Assembly: GCA_964016885.1 (NCBI GenBank) | Contig: OZ024740.1 | Coordinates: 71,610,001-71,674,000 of the forward strand | Source of the DNA: Eledone cirrhosa | Taxonomy: Eukaryota | DNA: 64,000 nt | Reading direction: 5' to 3' | In this document: in pieces, positions 13,096 through 27,467 of the stretch | Numbering within the stretch: the stretch's first letter is position 1 | Layout of the letters: every line of letters starts with the position of its first letter | Translations under genes and position numbers: made by a program | The notes under the pieces: model-generated | Databases searched by the model: none | Seen by the model: only the letters and a program-made list of their open reading frames with translations | Told to the model about the DNA's origin: nothing

Positions 13096-14767
13096 TAGGT
13101 AATTGATATCTATGATTTCTGTTTACTTAAAACTCTGGAAGTAATGGTATAAATATTTGCTGTATTTTGTCTAGCTTGGATCATTTGGTGCTAAAGGCTG
13201 TTAAAGTAAAAAATAGACAGATTAGTTTATTGTATTACCAGTATCAAACCCTTAACTAATAAGTTCATTTTTTGACTATATGAATTGTACTGGTTGTCGC
13301 AGCACTAAATTTGTTTTGGAGAACCATTCTGTTTGTATTTAATCTAGTGAGTATATATTTATTGTTGAAACTGTACTCATTTCTTTACTTCAACGGTTTT
13401 TTGGCAGTTTTTCGACAGTTATGCCATTTTATGAGTTGAACTTTTCAAAGTTATCCTAGCACCTGTAATCATATATTTGTTTCTTTGTTACAATTGTTAT
13501 TTTGTTTTGTTGCTAACTTTACACTTAAAGTTTTTCTCAAAGGTTATTTATTCAATGAAGCCACCCAAGCATTTGGCAGGTTCAAGTTACACCAAATGTT
13601 ACAAACCTGTATTTATATATATTACACTTAGTGATTTCTATACTAGTTGAAAATGTTACTCAGAAAGAGAATCAGTAGTAGTGCTCTATGGATTGAAGAG
13701 TAATTGGGTAAGAAATGTAAATCAATATGAGTACACAACACATAATTGTGAATCCTAGGATTGAAAATGGATGGAGTGGTTGATGTAACGGATGAAAGAA
13801 GGTTTAAACTTATGCCAGGAGAGCTTATAGAGAACTTAGAGGAGAGCTGAACCATATTCCTTGAGATGTTGTAGTTTAGTATGTTGGATTATATATATAG
13901 AAAGAGTCAGCAAACTAAAAATTTAGAATATGTAACAAATCATTTAGATAGAATTATGGTATTAAATTGAACCTAAAACTCTGTAGCTATTGTTAACACA
14001 TTTGACATTATCAATAAACCTTGCAACATGTGGCTTACATAGGTAAAGTATGTAGAGACTAAGCAAGTGAAAATATAGAATATACCTTTATAATAATTAT
14101 TGAACTGTTATAAGTATTGAAAAGTAGCGATACTTGAAAAAAAGTTGTCATGTTAAAAAATTTGTTTAACAAAATCAATTTTGTTTATTTTGAACATTTT
14201 GTTATTAATTTTTAACCATGTTATGAATTGTGGAAGCTTCCATTTTAATTTCTTTTGTTATAATAGTTTGTTTTCATCCCTTCATAATACTTAATCCCTT
14301 AACTTTTAAATGAGAGTGGTGTGATTTCAGCTAGTTAGACTAAAAAAGACAAAGTAATGTGGTTGGTATAGGTGTCTAAACCAAAGAAATATTTCAACTC
14401 AGGACTTTGCAGCCAAGATTACTAAGCAATAGTACATAAATATCCAACTACAACTGCAACTCCTTTTAATGAATTCTAGAAATCATATCTGTTTGGCACA
14501 AGAGCTCTTTATTCACTTCCTTGGCATTTACCATTAAACATGACAAATATAATATTAACAGCAAACTATTGCACAATGTGTTGATTGTTGCACAACCCTT
14601 CATATAACCAAATAGAGCATGGCATTTATACAGTGGGAGTCTTGACCAGATTTGAAAATGTCAAAAATGCTTAGAATATTTGGCATGGTAGGTTGTACAG
14701 AATGGTGCCATACCCAATGCCTGATGTAGGAGCAGCAGCATCAATTGCTAAACCGGCAAAATTGGAA

Positions 14768-15560
14768 CACCTACACACTGACGACCTACTTCTTATAGCT
14801 GAATCTGTAGTAGAGATAGAGAAGATATTCCAGATATGGGAAGCAAAACTTGGAATTGAAAGGCCTCAAAGTAAACGTAGCAAACAAGAAAGAAACATGG
14901 CTATATTCAATATATAGGAAATTATGGATGCAGAAGAGCTGTAGTGGGATGGCAAGCAGACTAATGAAAAATGTAGACTTCATATGCGGCAGATGCATAG
15001 GAGCAGTTTACACTAAGAGTACATGTGAAATGCTCAGACGGTTCTTTAGAAGTAGTTGACTAGATTTGATACTTAGGTGAACAAATTAGAAGTGGGGTTG
15101 GGTATTCTGGAAGCATAGCGGATAGAATGAAAAACAGTTAGAAAAAGTTCAGGGAGCTATTATTTCTGCTGGCAACAAAGCATTTCTCTCTCAGAGTAAA
15201 GGGCAAGTTGTATGATGCTTGTATACGAAATGCAATGATGCATGGTAGCAAGACAGAGGATTTGAAGAGAGTGGAAATGAAGTAAACATACTCTGATATA
15301 TGTGTAATCTTTGTGTATGAGAATGACAAAGCACAAATGAGCTAAGAAAAAACTGGGCATAATAGGAATCATATATAGTGTGCAAGAGTGAAGATTGTAC
15401 TGGTGTGGGCATGTGATGCATATGGAGGATGGCAATTGTTGTAAAGAAGTGCAGGGCACACAAAGTGTATAGAACCTGTTGAATATGTAAATATAAGTTG
15501 AAGTGGTGAAAACTGATCTCATGAAGCTAAACTTTACAACAGAGATGACAAAAGATTGCT
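14768..15560 (+). pseudogene. Old degenerate RTE LINE, RT C-terminal half
   Basis: HTDDLLLIAES..EKIFQIW, VDFICGRCIGA, KFRELL..LA.K.FSLRVKGKLYDACIRNAMMHGS and RL.W.GHVM motifs across frameshifts; homologous to 52300-53230. Confidence 0.85.
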
Positions 15561-18500
15561 TCAGCAAACCTGTAGGAATTTCATAAGATCATTCACAGAC
15601 AGTACGTATGTTTATATTTTGAAAGATCACAGTTACATTGGTTATTTTTAAAAATAAACTAATTAGAGTAATAGCTTCAACAAATGCATGCAAATTACTT
15701 GTCATGTTGGTCAAAAATTGATATTTATGAAAGCATTCTTGTGAAAGTTCACTTCAATGAAGATAACAGGCTGTTATAATTTATTTCAATGGCAAGTGAA
15801 GTGATAGCCAAAAATATCTCCTGGCTGCTTCAGTCTTTTGGTTAATCCCAAGTGAATATGAAGTGTGGAATTCTTGTTTTAGAGATGTGTGTATGTATGT
15901 GTTTCACATCCTAGAGTAGGAGGAGGCATTTGAATGTGGGTGTGTTACTCAGAAAAATTTGAGTCAAAAGAAGTGATGTGTTCATCAAAACTATAATCAA
16001 GTGTGTGTCTATGTTTGTGTATATATGTGTACACGTATGTGTCTGCATAAGATTGTGGTACTGCGTATGCATATGTTTAATATAGTTATAAAGCTATAAA
16101 GTATACATTTACACTAGAATGTATATGTACATCTGAGCTTAGGAAGTAAGACAACATAAAAAACACTTCCCTCTTTGTGTATGTGTGTGTTCCCACACAT
16201 ATGTACATGCACGCGGCTGTGTTTGTATGGAGCAGATGTGTAGGTAGGTGGGTTTTTATTTCTGATTATTTACATAAGTCTCTCAACAAATAGACAACTG
16301 TGAAGAAATAACAATGTCAAATTCCTATTTTGGTCTTCTCTAATGTCTAACTTGGCTGCAAATGTTTTTTTCTTTATTTTTTATTTCCTCATAGCTATTT
16401 TGTTTTTAATATTTATCTTGATATAATATTCCCTCCCCACCCCAAAAAAGTCTATTAGTTGATGAAAAATATTTCCAATCCCATACTAGTATTAATGAGT
16501 ACTGAATTAATATTTGAATATCTTTTTATTCTGTAAACAAAGGTATGAGTCATTGGCTATTGGTAATTTCTAATTATAATAGCTTTAATAATAGCAATAG
16601 TGGATTGGATGGGTTGAGAAGGCATTGGACTACTACATTGTTTTGAGCTTAAAATTTACCACAGATAATGTTTTATTCATCATCATCCTCATCGTTTTTA
16701 TGTCTACTTTTTCATACTGGCATGGGTTGGACAAGATGTTTTGAAGCAATTTTTTTTATAGCCAGATGCCATTCTTGACACCAACTTGTTAGTACCCTCT
16801 ACAACACACAGGGTTATGTTGTATCTATTATAAAAAACTGTATTGTATTATTCATTTGGACTGGGTTGTTAACTTTATGCTACTCTTTATTTCATTTTAC
16901 ATAACTGTTGTTCATATGTACCAGTTCTGGGAATATTACCTGTAATAGACTGTAAAACTAACTGGTGGGGAATTTATCTCATCTACCGAATACCACAAAA
17001 CTGAAGTTAAGCACTGGGCTTTACAATGTTAGGGTTAGGGTTTTATCTACAAATAATCTTTACTACTTCCATGCATAACATACTAAAAATTACAGCCAAA
17101 CATCCTATAAATCACATTCTATCACCTTAAGAATGGAAAGACACTTTAGGCTATGTGATCCTAGATGTAGGGTTGGCTTAGTTTCAACAACTCATCATTA
17201 TTAATATTATCACCAGTACCACCACCATCCATAGTAATGTTTTTGTTTTGCAACCATCCTGCATCAACTCATCATTAGAGATACATACTTTCTTAATGTA
17301 TAATCTAATTCATTTCATTCTCAAATTCTTCCATGTTAATATCCTCTTGCTCTCTGGTTATTCACCAGTTAACACCTTCCTGGTAACTGCTTTCTTTCTC
17401 AATATGTATCGTTTGCTATAGATACTGGAAACAGTCATATCAGCTATATCCTTACTAAGAAAACAAAAATGACTTTATGCCCTATCTGTGGTGATTGTTA
17501 TTACTGTATGAACTTGTAAATATGTAAACAAATCTGGATGTAAAACACTGCATGTGACTTATCTATCAAACCTATTTCTTGGCTTGAAATTCACAGTATG
17601 CACTAACACACACACATATATGCACACACACATACAGGCACATACACACACATGCGTGCACACACACACACACACTGACAAATGATTGCATATGTACGAT
17701 AGGATGGTCATATCATTGCTCAGCTTTTATGAATGAATATTAGCATTGTAAAGAAATATAAGTTGATGACAACATCGGACATAAAAACAAAAACAACTTC
17801 CGCATGTGTGAAACGTATATGTGCAGTTTGTTATTGGCTTGTTATTATCTTAATACCTATTAGATACTGAATATATTGTTAGTCAGTTAGGGGTGGTGAT
17901 TTATAAGCATTTCTTAATCTGTTCCTTCCAAGTGTAGATCATAGAAACACATTGCCATGATACCAATTGTTCTGGGACTTTGCTAAACTATATTGTCAAC
18001 ACTTTGGATTATTTCAGATAAATGTTTTTGTTTTTTATTTAAAATTGCAAATAGTATGAAAAGCAGTATGTTCTTTTAGTATGGGTGAAGTCAAACTTAT
18101 GTTTTAGATATTGCTCTGATTTACATACTAGTGCATATAGTATGTTGAAGAGTTGTTATTGCATGTAGGATAGTTGAAGCTATTGGCAAAGTTGATTGTG
18201 AAGATTGCACCACAACCTTTCTCTGGCCAGAAAGGAAAACAGTTTTCTTATGACTGATAGTTGTTGTAAAAGAAAGTGTAATACACGTTGATACCAAATG
18301 ACATGAAACTGACTCTGCTTCTGCGATACAAAATCATTTATTTTAAAGTGTTTATAAATATCTTCCATAAGTTATGCTCCAAACAGCAACTTAATAATCC
18401 TCTAAAATTCTTGATTATTTGAAAATCATAGACAGTATCTTTCATTAGAAATATAGTAAGGAAATGGTGAAACTGTCATTAACTTGTTTAAGTTCTACTT

Positions 18501-19029
18501 GGAGAAGAATATTAGTGTGGAGAGAGAGGTGTTACTCTTCAGTGAATTTGGTGAGTATGAGTAGGAAGTATAACCTGAGTGACTAGGTTTAATCTCAGCC
18601 TGTTCCTATTGGTTGGAGAACACAGTTGAAGAGGGTACTTGCTGTTAGTAGTAATCAGAGTAAACCTTCATTGGCATTAGTTGAACCCCCCCACCACACA
18701 CACTCCATCATTAAGACATTTCATTTCATACTTTTTGTATTCTTTTGTTTTCCATACGTGGTTGGTGTTAGGAAGGGCATCCAGCCGTAGAAAACCTGCC
18801 AGATATAGTCCTATATGAGCAAGACACGGTCACCCGATCAATCTTGCCTCAAGTGGAACAATTCCCGTCTAACCCATGCTAGTGTGGAAGATGATGATGT
18901 TTCCTTTCATAATTGATTCTCTGCAAATCCCAGTTTTTGTAATTTGTCCTTGCAGTGATCCCTCATTTGTTGCTGTTTAGGCAAATAAAAGAAGTTATCA
19001 TCATCAGCCTCATGATCTTCTATGAACAA

Positions 19030-19217
19030 GCCTTTACATAATCACTTGATCTACTAAACATAATAGTCAAATATCCCTCAGAATTACTCTTATGTTAAAT
19101 AAAAGATGCTTTGGACAATGCAATCCCTGATATACAAAAATACAGGATGATCATAGTTTGAATGCTTTTGATCAGAGATCTGCTTAATTACAGCTGACCT
19201 GGGGCTAAACAACAACT
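19030..19217 (+). mobile_element. (AAC)n-tailed SINE-like dispersed repeat
   Basis: cacttgatctactaaac..caaatatccctca..gatcagagatctgc..gctgacctggggctaaacaacaac; same family as 49065. Confidence 0.65.
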
Positions 19218-20569
19218 TACCAAAGTTAGATACTATCATCATCATCATCTTCACCATCACCATCATTATTAATATCTATCCCTATGTATCATTTTTGTTT
19301 ATTTATTCTCATAGTTGAGTGCGTGCTTATATATATGTGTGTGTATGTATATATGATTGTGTGTGTCTATAGTTGTTTGTATGCCTGTGTTTATATATTA
19401 ACTCCTGTATTTATGTGTGTTTGCCAACTTATATCTCTTGTTTACATCTATGTGACGCTATTTATCTATCAAACTGTTTTTATTTATGTATCCTTCTGCC
19501 TGTTTGCCTCTGTAACTCGGTGTGGGTTGGTATGTATGACTTCTGTTACCCCCTGTGTTTATGACAGCTGTTGCTGTGCAGTAGAGAGTTCTCCATGAAG
19601 CAAGGACTTGATCCAGATTTGGTTGCTCAGCTGGAACCATTTTCCCTTATGTTGTCAATCATCATCACCATTGTCATTTAACACCAGTGTTCTCTGTGAG
19701 CAGGGGTTGGATGGGTCACCACAGACCAAGTCAATACTTAAGCAGAACTACTGACTTCTCAGACGGGTTGCTACCCCCATCTTGCTTACATACATTCCTG
19801 CACTTTATCTATGCCCCTGGAAAAAGTACGAATTTCACAACATCCTACATTCCCCCTATATCCATACATAGACCTGATTACTCTTGTCCAATACACATTC
19901 GTCAATGTCTTCATACATTTATACAAACAAATCTTCTGCATGAAGACTTTGCCCAATGTATATATTTTAGTATAATATAGACTTCCCACATACACACTCA
20001 AACACAGACACAGTGTATAAAGTACTATACAGATAGATGAAATTTCTGTATTATCAGTCCCCCCCCCCCCCCAAATAAAAAAGATAAAAACAATCTGTCA
20101 TGAAACAATTTCCCTATGTCTCTTTAGTGTGTCACCATATCACCGACCCAGACAACACAAGTATAACACTTCCCCTCATATGTGTTGGGAAATGGATGTG
20201 TATGTATATATGTGTATAAATTAAGTCATCAATGATGATTTTCCTGTAATTTCCTTTTGCTGATGTTCGTTTTAAATGTTGAGAACCATTCCTTATTTTA
20301 GCTTCCCACCATATGTTGGCAAAGACTGAGTCATTAGGAAATAAGAAAAAGAAACATCACTGTTTATATGTGTGTTTTTCAAACTTTGGATGTTGAATGT
20401 AATTTATATTTTGTTTTTTAATCTGATGGTTTTATCCAATTTTACTTCTCTGTTCCTACATCTTGACATGGACATATTGTTTGAGGATAGCAAAGTTTCT
20501 TTATATTATTCATTGCTGTATTAGGTTACTGATTTCGACTGAAAATAAAGCAGTAGAGCTGTTACTAAC

Positions 20570-20735
20570 TCTCTTCCTTCACAAAATCAGGAGAAGCTCA
20601 TCCCACCTGAGGAAGGAACCCTTGTGAGGTAGAGCAGCTGATGCAGCAAGCGCCACTGGCTGTCCTCTGTGGCAATGCCATTGCCATTTTGTCCATGGGG
20701 TACAGCTGAAGTATACTGCCTAGACAGGGGTGTAA
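20570..20735. repeat. Unclassified dispersed repeat, copy 2
   Basis: Colinear with 10095-10265. Confidence 0.6.
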
Positions 20736-22058
20736 TCTGTCACTCCCTCTCCTCTTTCCTTTACTTTTACTATTTAATTTTTTTCTGTTCCGTTTTCATA
20801 TTTTTTTAATATGTAAACATTGATGAATCGTAAATTTTTGTCTTTTATTTTTAAATTTAATAAATATCGCTTTTATCAACAACATTAGGGAAAATATCTG
20901 TACACCAGACACTAGATTTTCTAATGTTGTAGTCTGGGCTGTTGTCAATTGTTCCCTCCTCTTAAATGTGTAGTTGGTGATTTTGTGGTGTCTTTGCCCC
21001 ACAAAATACCTTCGGTGGTCTTCCCTCTTTCTACCATATTCAGAGCTTTACAACAACCCATAGTGAAAATTGCAAGATAATCTACAAAACTCTAAAAGCA
21101 TTCTCTATACCATATTTAATTAACATAAATGAAACAGCATTAGTGTATAAATGACAATTAAATTCATCATTGATTGTGCCAATCATATAGAGACTTGTAT
21201 CTCTCAAAAAATCATATCATTGTACAAAGGACATAAAATAGTGTAGTTTGTCTCACACTACTTACTGACTGTACCCACTGACCATGAATCCATGAAAAAT
21301 TAATCTATCTATTTATGCTGACCACCAGGTTGGCCATGGAATGGCTGTGTGGTGGATGTTTGACATCAGTGGAGGAAATATGATTCATACTAGATGCTGT
21401 GCAGAAGAACGTCTTGTCAGTGGTCAGGATCAAAAGATTTCATTAAGTGAAAGACTGCAGTATGCAATGACAAGTAGTATTGGAAGCATGTATCAATGCA
21501 CAATCGAAACCTGTTAATAGCATTCATTAAAACCACTTAGATATGTAAAGACACATAATTTGTTAATTCAGCCAACTACAGTCCCTTTCTGTTCCTGACA
21601 CTACATGTTCAATTACCCTCAAACACTCAGACATTTCTGGACTGTTCCAGAAGTCCACAATACTTCATCATAAAAACACTAACCCTCCCACTTAGTCTAG
21701 ACAAATACATGAAACAAAAACGGGCATTGCCCAAAATTGCAGCAGCATCAATTATCTAATTAGTACCATACACTTGCTAGGATAAATCTAGAAGGACAGC
21801 AACTATTGCCCTGGCTTGAGTCCACTTTACTGATCTTAATGGGGGGTAACATCATCATCATCAGCCACATTTAACATCTGTTTTCCCTACTAGTAAAACT
21901 TACTGGCATACAGAATGAAATTAGGCTGTGGAGAAAGAGCAACAAACACAGGCAGCAGCACCTCATGATAAACCACTGTATTCTGCAGCATGCAATATGG
22001 TCCTCAACTTGGCAGAAACAAGTAGAGTAATAATTAATTTATATACAGTGTAGCACAT

Positions 22059-22385
22059 GAAGGCATGTGGCTTACTAGTTAGAGTGTTCACCTCATGATT
22101 GTAAAGCTGTTAGTTCAATTCCGAGACCGAGTGATGCATTATGCCCTTGAGCAAGACACTTTACTTCACTTTGTCCCAGTTCATTCAGCTGGCAAAAATG
22201 AGTTGTACTTGTAATTCATTGAGTTAGCCTTGTCACACATTGTGTCATGTTGAATCTCTCTGAGAAGTATGTTAAGGGTGCACATGTGGAATGCACGATC
22301 TCTTATAAATTAATTTCAGAAGCAGGCAGTTTTGTTAATCGAATGAACTGGAGCATTCATTGGAAATGATGAAAGTCCAACAGCA
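22059..22385 (+). mobile_element. tRNA-derived CORE-like SINE
   Basis: ggcatgtggcttactagttagag head, gttcaattcc B-box, gcccttgagcaagacacttt CORE-like block; colinear with 6043-6375. Confidence 0.8.
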
Positions 22386-23481
22386 GCATTTGTCAGAAGG
22401 ATTTGAACTTAAAAACTTCTGACCAGTGGTATTTTATTAGCTTTAAACTCTTTGGTTATCACATTGCCTGAATTAAAATAAAACACAACTGTAACAAAAC
22501 ATCAACAATTACTACTACAGCTTCTTTAAAGAACAGAACTAATTGTTTGTAGAGTTATGTTGGCCTTGTTTATGCTTATCTGAAATTTCAATTATTTCCT
22601 GTTTTATGTTTTTCTGGAAGTAAGAATCTAAGGCGACAGCATAACATTTCCAGTTTCCTCTGATAAATATGATTAAAATGTGCTGAGATAAAAAAGGAGA
22701 ACCTTTGTTGTTACTAAAGAAATTCTTTTAATAATGAGACTAAACACAATACCAAGAATGTTGCTACATTATCATAGATTTCTTAGGCATGCTTTTAGAA
22801 AGAGATATTGTCTTGTAGATAAAGAATGTATATCCATCATCATTGTCATCATTGCCATCGTTGCCGTCATCATTTAACATCCATTTTCCTTATGAGCCAA
22901 TGTTGAACTTGTTAGTACTCAAGTGAAGCATCGGATCTCCAGGTGGGCTGAAGACTTGACATTACAATCCTGCACTCTACCGAATGTCTGTTTAATGTGG
23001 CACCAACACTAGAGAAGTTGTCATGTCTATGGTTGGATGCCCTTCCTATCACCAGCCATCTTACTGAGTGTACAGGGTGATCGTTTAAAGAATATATATG
23101 CTTGTATAATTGGCTGTGTTTAAGAATTTTACTTCATAACTATGTGATACCAGGTTCAATCCATCTGTGTGAGCTTCAGATTCTACAATTTCTTGTGAGG
23201 TTAATATAGCAGAAAAACAGAATTTTGACTCAGTAAAACCAGCAGTTTAACCTCATGTTTCTCTAACTGCTATTAAAGAAAAATCAAGTGTAAGGAAAAT
23301 CTGTGTACATATATGAACACACACACACACAGCACAACACAGTACACACTTAAATAAGATGTGTGTGTATGTGTTGCTCTTTGATAATTAGATTGTAATA
23401 TTTGAACTTTCCGGAAGGAAATTGTAGCAGAAACTCAGTTGAGAGGGTCATAGCATTCTTACCACTTTTATTTTAGATTTT

Positions 23482-23524
<43 letters not shown>

Positions 23525-23560
23525 GCACACACATGCACACACATCCACCCACACATATGG

Positions 23561-23601
<41 letters not shown>

Positions 23602-23602
<1 letters not shown>

Positions 23603-24196
23603 GGTGGCTGCCAACTCGGTTTCGAGTACGGCCAATACTTTATATCCATCTAGGAGAACCCCTACCGATGCGCTGAACGAATATGACTTTTTAGTCCAGC
23701 CAGCGACTTGAAAACTCTGGTACAAACACTACACCTGTGACAATTATTGACACATAGTGCTGGGCCCATGGTACCCTGTGACGACAAGTGCAGAGAGATC
23801 TCCAGATATTAAGCAATGCCTGTGCCGTGAAGCTTTTATAGTGAACAAAGGCACTGCACAAAGCCAGTCCCACTCCCTTAACCAAGATGATATTTACCAA
23901 AAAGAAGAACAAGTCAACATCATTGGATACCATCAGGGTTGCAGGTGTTATATCAGAGTTTTCCTTCTCCTAGAATTCTGCCTTGACAAAGGCTAAGGGG
24001 TCATCTCTCCCGGTGATTTTGGATGGCCATTGACTCTTAAGAGCTCCTTTGCTCTTTGACAGGTTTTGTTTTTAGTCCTGCAGGATGTCCAAAGTCACCC
24101 TCCTCACCAAGAAACCTCGGTGGGGTTGCCAGTTTAGTCGCCAACGACCCGACCATGAGACAGGTTGTACTGGGATACATGTTACCAGTAGCACCA
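23602..24196 (-). mobile_element. ~595-bp non-coding element inserted in (TA)n, with RTE-type 5'UTR motif
   Basis: GC-richer block sharply bounded by (TA)n; minus strand has agcctttgtcaaggcagaattctaggagaaggaaaactctga, resembling the conserved 5' motif of RTE-clade elements. Confidence 0.6.
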
Positions 24197-25461
24197 TATA
24201 TATATATACACACATACATACATACATACATACACACACACATCCAGCCAAACATGTGTGTGTGTATATGTATATATATATATATATATTACAAGTTAGT
24301 CCTTTATGTTCATGGCATGGCACCATTAATTAAGAGGTTTATTCTTTATGTAATGAAACGTGTTTCTTAAAAGAACCATAAGTAGTTGGCATACTTACAT
24401 ACAAACAAGTAGTTCAAGTTAAAAGGATTGCTATTAAAACCATTACTATATAACATCTTATTTCAATATGTGCTGAATAGTTCTTCAAATTTAGACATTA
24501 GTATATATTTATTATTATTGTTGTTGATGTTGCTTACTGGTTATAGTTTTTGGATTCTGGCCATGCTGGAGCACCACTGTTGAGTAGTTTAGTTACCATA
24601 TCCACCTCAGCCCTTATTTCGATCTGATACTTATTTTGTTGATCTTTAATTTTTAAACCAATAAGCTACAGGACATAAGGGACTCAAAATAGATAAAACC
24701 GTTTTTTTTTTTTGGGGGGGGGGGGGGGGTATTTTACCAGTATAACCTTAAACATGGCAGCAAATTGGCAGAGTTGTTAGAAAATCAAATAGATGTATTG
24801 CGGCATTCATTCTGGTTCTCTGTGCTCTGAGTTAAAAAACCCAGCAAGGTCAACTTTGTCTTTAATCTTTTTGAGGTTGATGGAAAAAGTACGGGGGTGA
24901 TTTTTTTTTCCTCTATATATCTTTATCACTCTCTCTCTTCTTTTCTGGAAGGAATCAGCTATGCTCAGACCTGTTGAGCAGATAGGCTCCCAGGTTTAAA
25001 TTGCCCAAAACACACTACATGTCACTATGGAGCCTCTATGACTCCATCAGGAGTTAGAGGTCCAAGCATACATACTTAATCTTAAACATGGACACACACA
25101 CATGATGGGCTTCTGCACAATCCCCTTTCATAAGGTATTGGTCAACTTGAGACTATAGTAGAAGATACTTGTCCAGGGATTGAACACACTACCATATGGT
25201 TTTTAAGCAAACTTTTTAACCACACAGCCATGTTAGCATCTATTATGATTATTTAAACACACTTAGTTTTTCTGTGAATATTGTTTTGGATTGAAATTTA
25301 ACATTTTTGTTACTATATTTCTAATAACAGATATTGCCTGTGATTTGCAAATAATTTTCAGTACAAGAATTTAGAGGGATTTAGTAATATAATCTTCTCA
25401 TTATTAAGTTGGTGATTGGAACATAACTTAACAAAGGTTCTTATATAAAATTATGATGGAA

Positions 25462-26097
25462 AGAGTCCGGTTTCGTATGGGAAATCTCTGTCGAATGGAA
25501 AGTGCCTGGCTCCGAAACTGGGGTGCTGCTGTGAGAGGGGTTTGGTGCACCCTACTGGCCAGTCCCAGGCTGCCAGAGTCCAGTTTCATATTGAGAAGTG
25601 TCCGTCGAATGGAGAGTGCCCGGCTTCGGAACTGGGATGCTGCTGTGAGAAGGGTTCAGCACGGCCAACTGGCTTGTCCCTCTCCATAGTGGTATCACTG
25701 GTCTTTTCATATAGTGGTGCCATCCAATGCCAGGCTCCCAAACTGTGGTTCTGCACCTGTCCCTCCTCATAGTGGTGTCGTCCAGTACCGGGCTCCAAAA
25801 CTATGACTCCCACTGTGTGATAGGTTGATCTCCGAAAATATGGTCCCATTGTGAGATGGGTTTGGTGCGGCCAACTGGCCTGTCCCTCCTCATAACGGAA
25901 CCATCCAGTTCCACACTGTAAATGTAGTTGGTGTTAGGAAGAGCATCCAGCTGTAAAATACCCAGCCAAATATACAGTCCTCGCCGGAGCAAGGTGCGAC
26001 ACATGTCCAGCCCTGGCCAGACTTGGCTCTTGGTGTGGATGACCCGTCTAACCCAGGCAAGCGCGTAAAAATTGACGTTAAACGGAAATGATGATGG
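25462..26097 (+). mobile_element. GC-rich modular repeat ending in an RTE-type 3' tail
   Basis: Two ~113-bp units (agagtcc at 25462 and 25575), shorter catagtggt modules, then cacactgtaaatgtagttggtgttaggaagagcatccagctg...gacgttaaac..atgatgatg. Confidence 0.7.
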
Positions 26098-26954
26098 TAA
26101 ATGAAACACTTTAAAATAAGCAGTTTATTATCATAGAACCAAGCTTTTAGGGTAGTTTGATATCAAAGCAGTTAAGTTGATTATTGCAATATTAATTTAT
26201 GATTGCTTTTGCCTATGAAAGTGAAAATAGAATTGCATGCTTTAAATAAATGTTCAATGCAGCACTAGAGATTTTTTCCAAACCCTTTAACCACTCATCT
26301 ACTCATTTTGTAATATGTATGTATTTATTTATTCATTATTTCCTGTAGCTCAGTGGTCGGCAGTTTGATGTGTAATGATCAGTACCTTATGTAGAGCAAG
26401 TAACTGGTTGTTAAGGAAAGTAAACATGAACACATCTAGACATACACATACACGTGTGTGTGTGTGTGTGTGTGTGCGTGCATGCATGTACACACACATA
26501 TATATGACAGCCTTATGCATGATTTCAGTCTACTATATATCACTCGCATAGGTCAACCCCAGGTTATAGTAGAAGACACTGGTCAAAGATGCTGCATAGT
26601 GGGATTGAACTCAAAACCATGAGGTTCTGAAATACGCTCCTTAACAACACAGCTTTGCTTATGCAAATATCCTAAAATTTGAAGAATTTTACAACAGCTA
26701 ACAGGAAAAATGGATGGAAAATGTTTCAGTAAATTAGAAACATTTTTTTATTAACGAAAAGTGTATCATATCTTAAATATAAAACGAAAGCTAGAATTCT
26801 CTATTTTTTTTTAATTTTTGGTTTTAAATTTTCTAGTTTGGCTCACTTCTCATGTAATACTTCCTGTACGATATGGTAAAATATGCATATTTCCTGCAGC
26901 TTTTCAGAAATAAAAAGTTGTGAAGATGGAGAAACATATACATATAAAGGTAGA

Positions 26955-27017
26955 GAGAAATGCAGATGCAGTTTTGTTTACAGCAAGGTTGTAAACAAAA
27001 CTACATTTGCATTTCTC
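26955..27017. other. Isolated 63-nt near-perfect hairpin (pre-miRNA-like candidate)
   Basis: gagaaatgcagatgcagttttgtttaca / tgtaaacaaaactacatttgcatttctc: 28-bp stem with one G.U and one C.A, extendable by 2 bp around an AAG loop. Confidence 0.6.
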
Positions 27018-27467
27018 ACACTTAAGAGCTGTCCTGAGCAGCATGCACGCTATCTCTGTTACTGTGATTGTTGTGTATTTTCAACTGTTTAGCTGAGTGA
27101 ATATAAGAAATAATTCCTATTTGTCTTTTTCTTTATCTGTTTTTTTGTCATTTTTTCTTCATCTTTTTCTTGTTTAACTACTCCTTCTCCCCTCTCTTTC
27201 CCATATTTTCCTCTTTTCATTTGATCTTATACCAGTAGCTGTTTAATATTCTAAACATTAAATATGTTTTCACCTACATAAGTGTTTTATGACTATTTTT
27301 AATCAACCAGACAACTGATATATTTGCCAGGGTTAAGTTAGAAAATACCATACTATCCTACATTTTATTTGAAGAACATTCCTCTCTGCCACACCTTCCA
27401 TCACTGCTATTTTTAGTGATACATACATTAAACACCAATTATTGTGCCTCAACTAAGCTTTCCCCAT

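Noticed and set aside
17029-17040. (TTAGGG)2 telomere-like repeat
   Set aside because: Two units only; uninformative
25462-25900. Repeat-spacer-like pattern
   Set aside because: Not CRISPR: eukaryotic context, degenerate tandem modules, no unique spacers or cas genes
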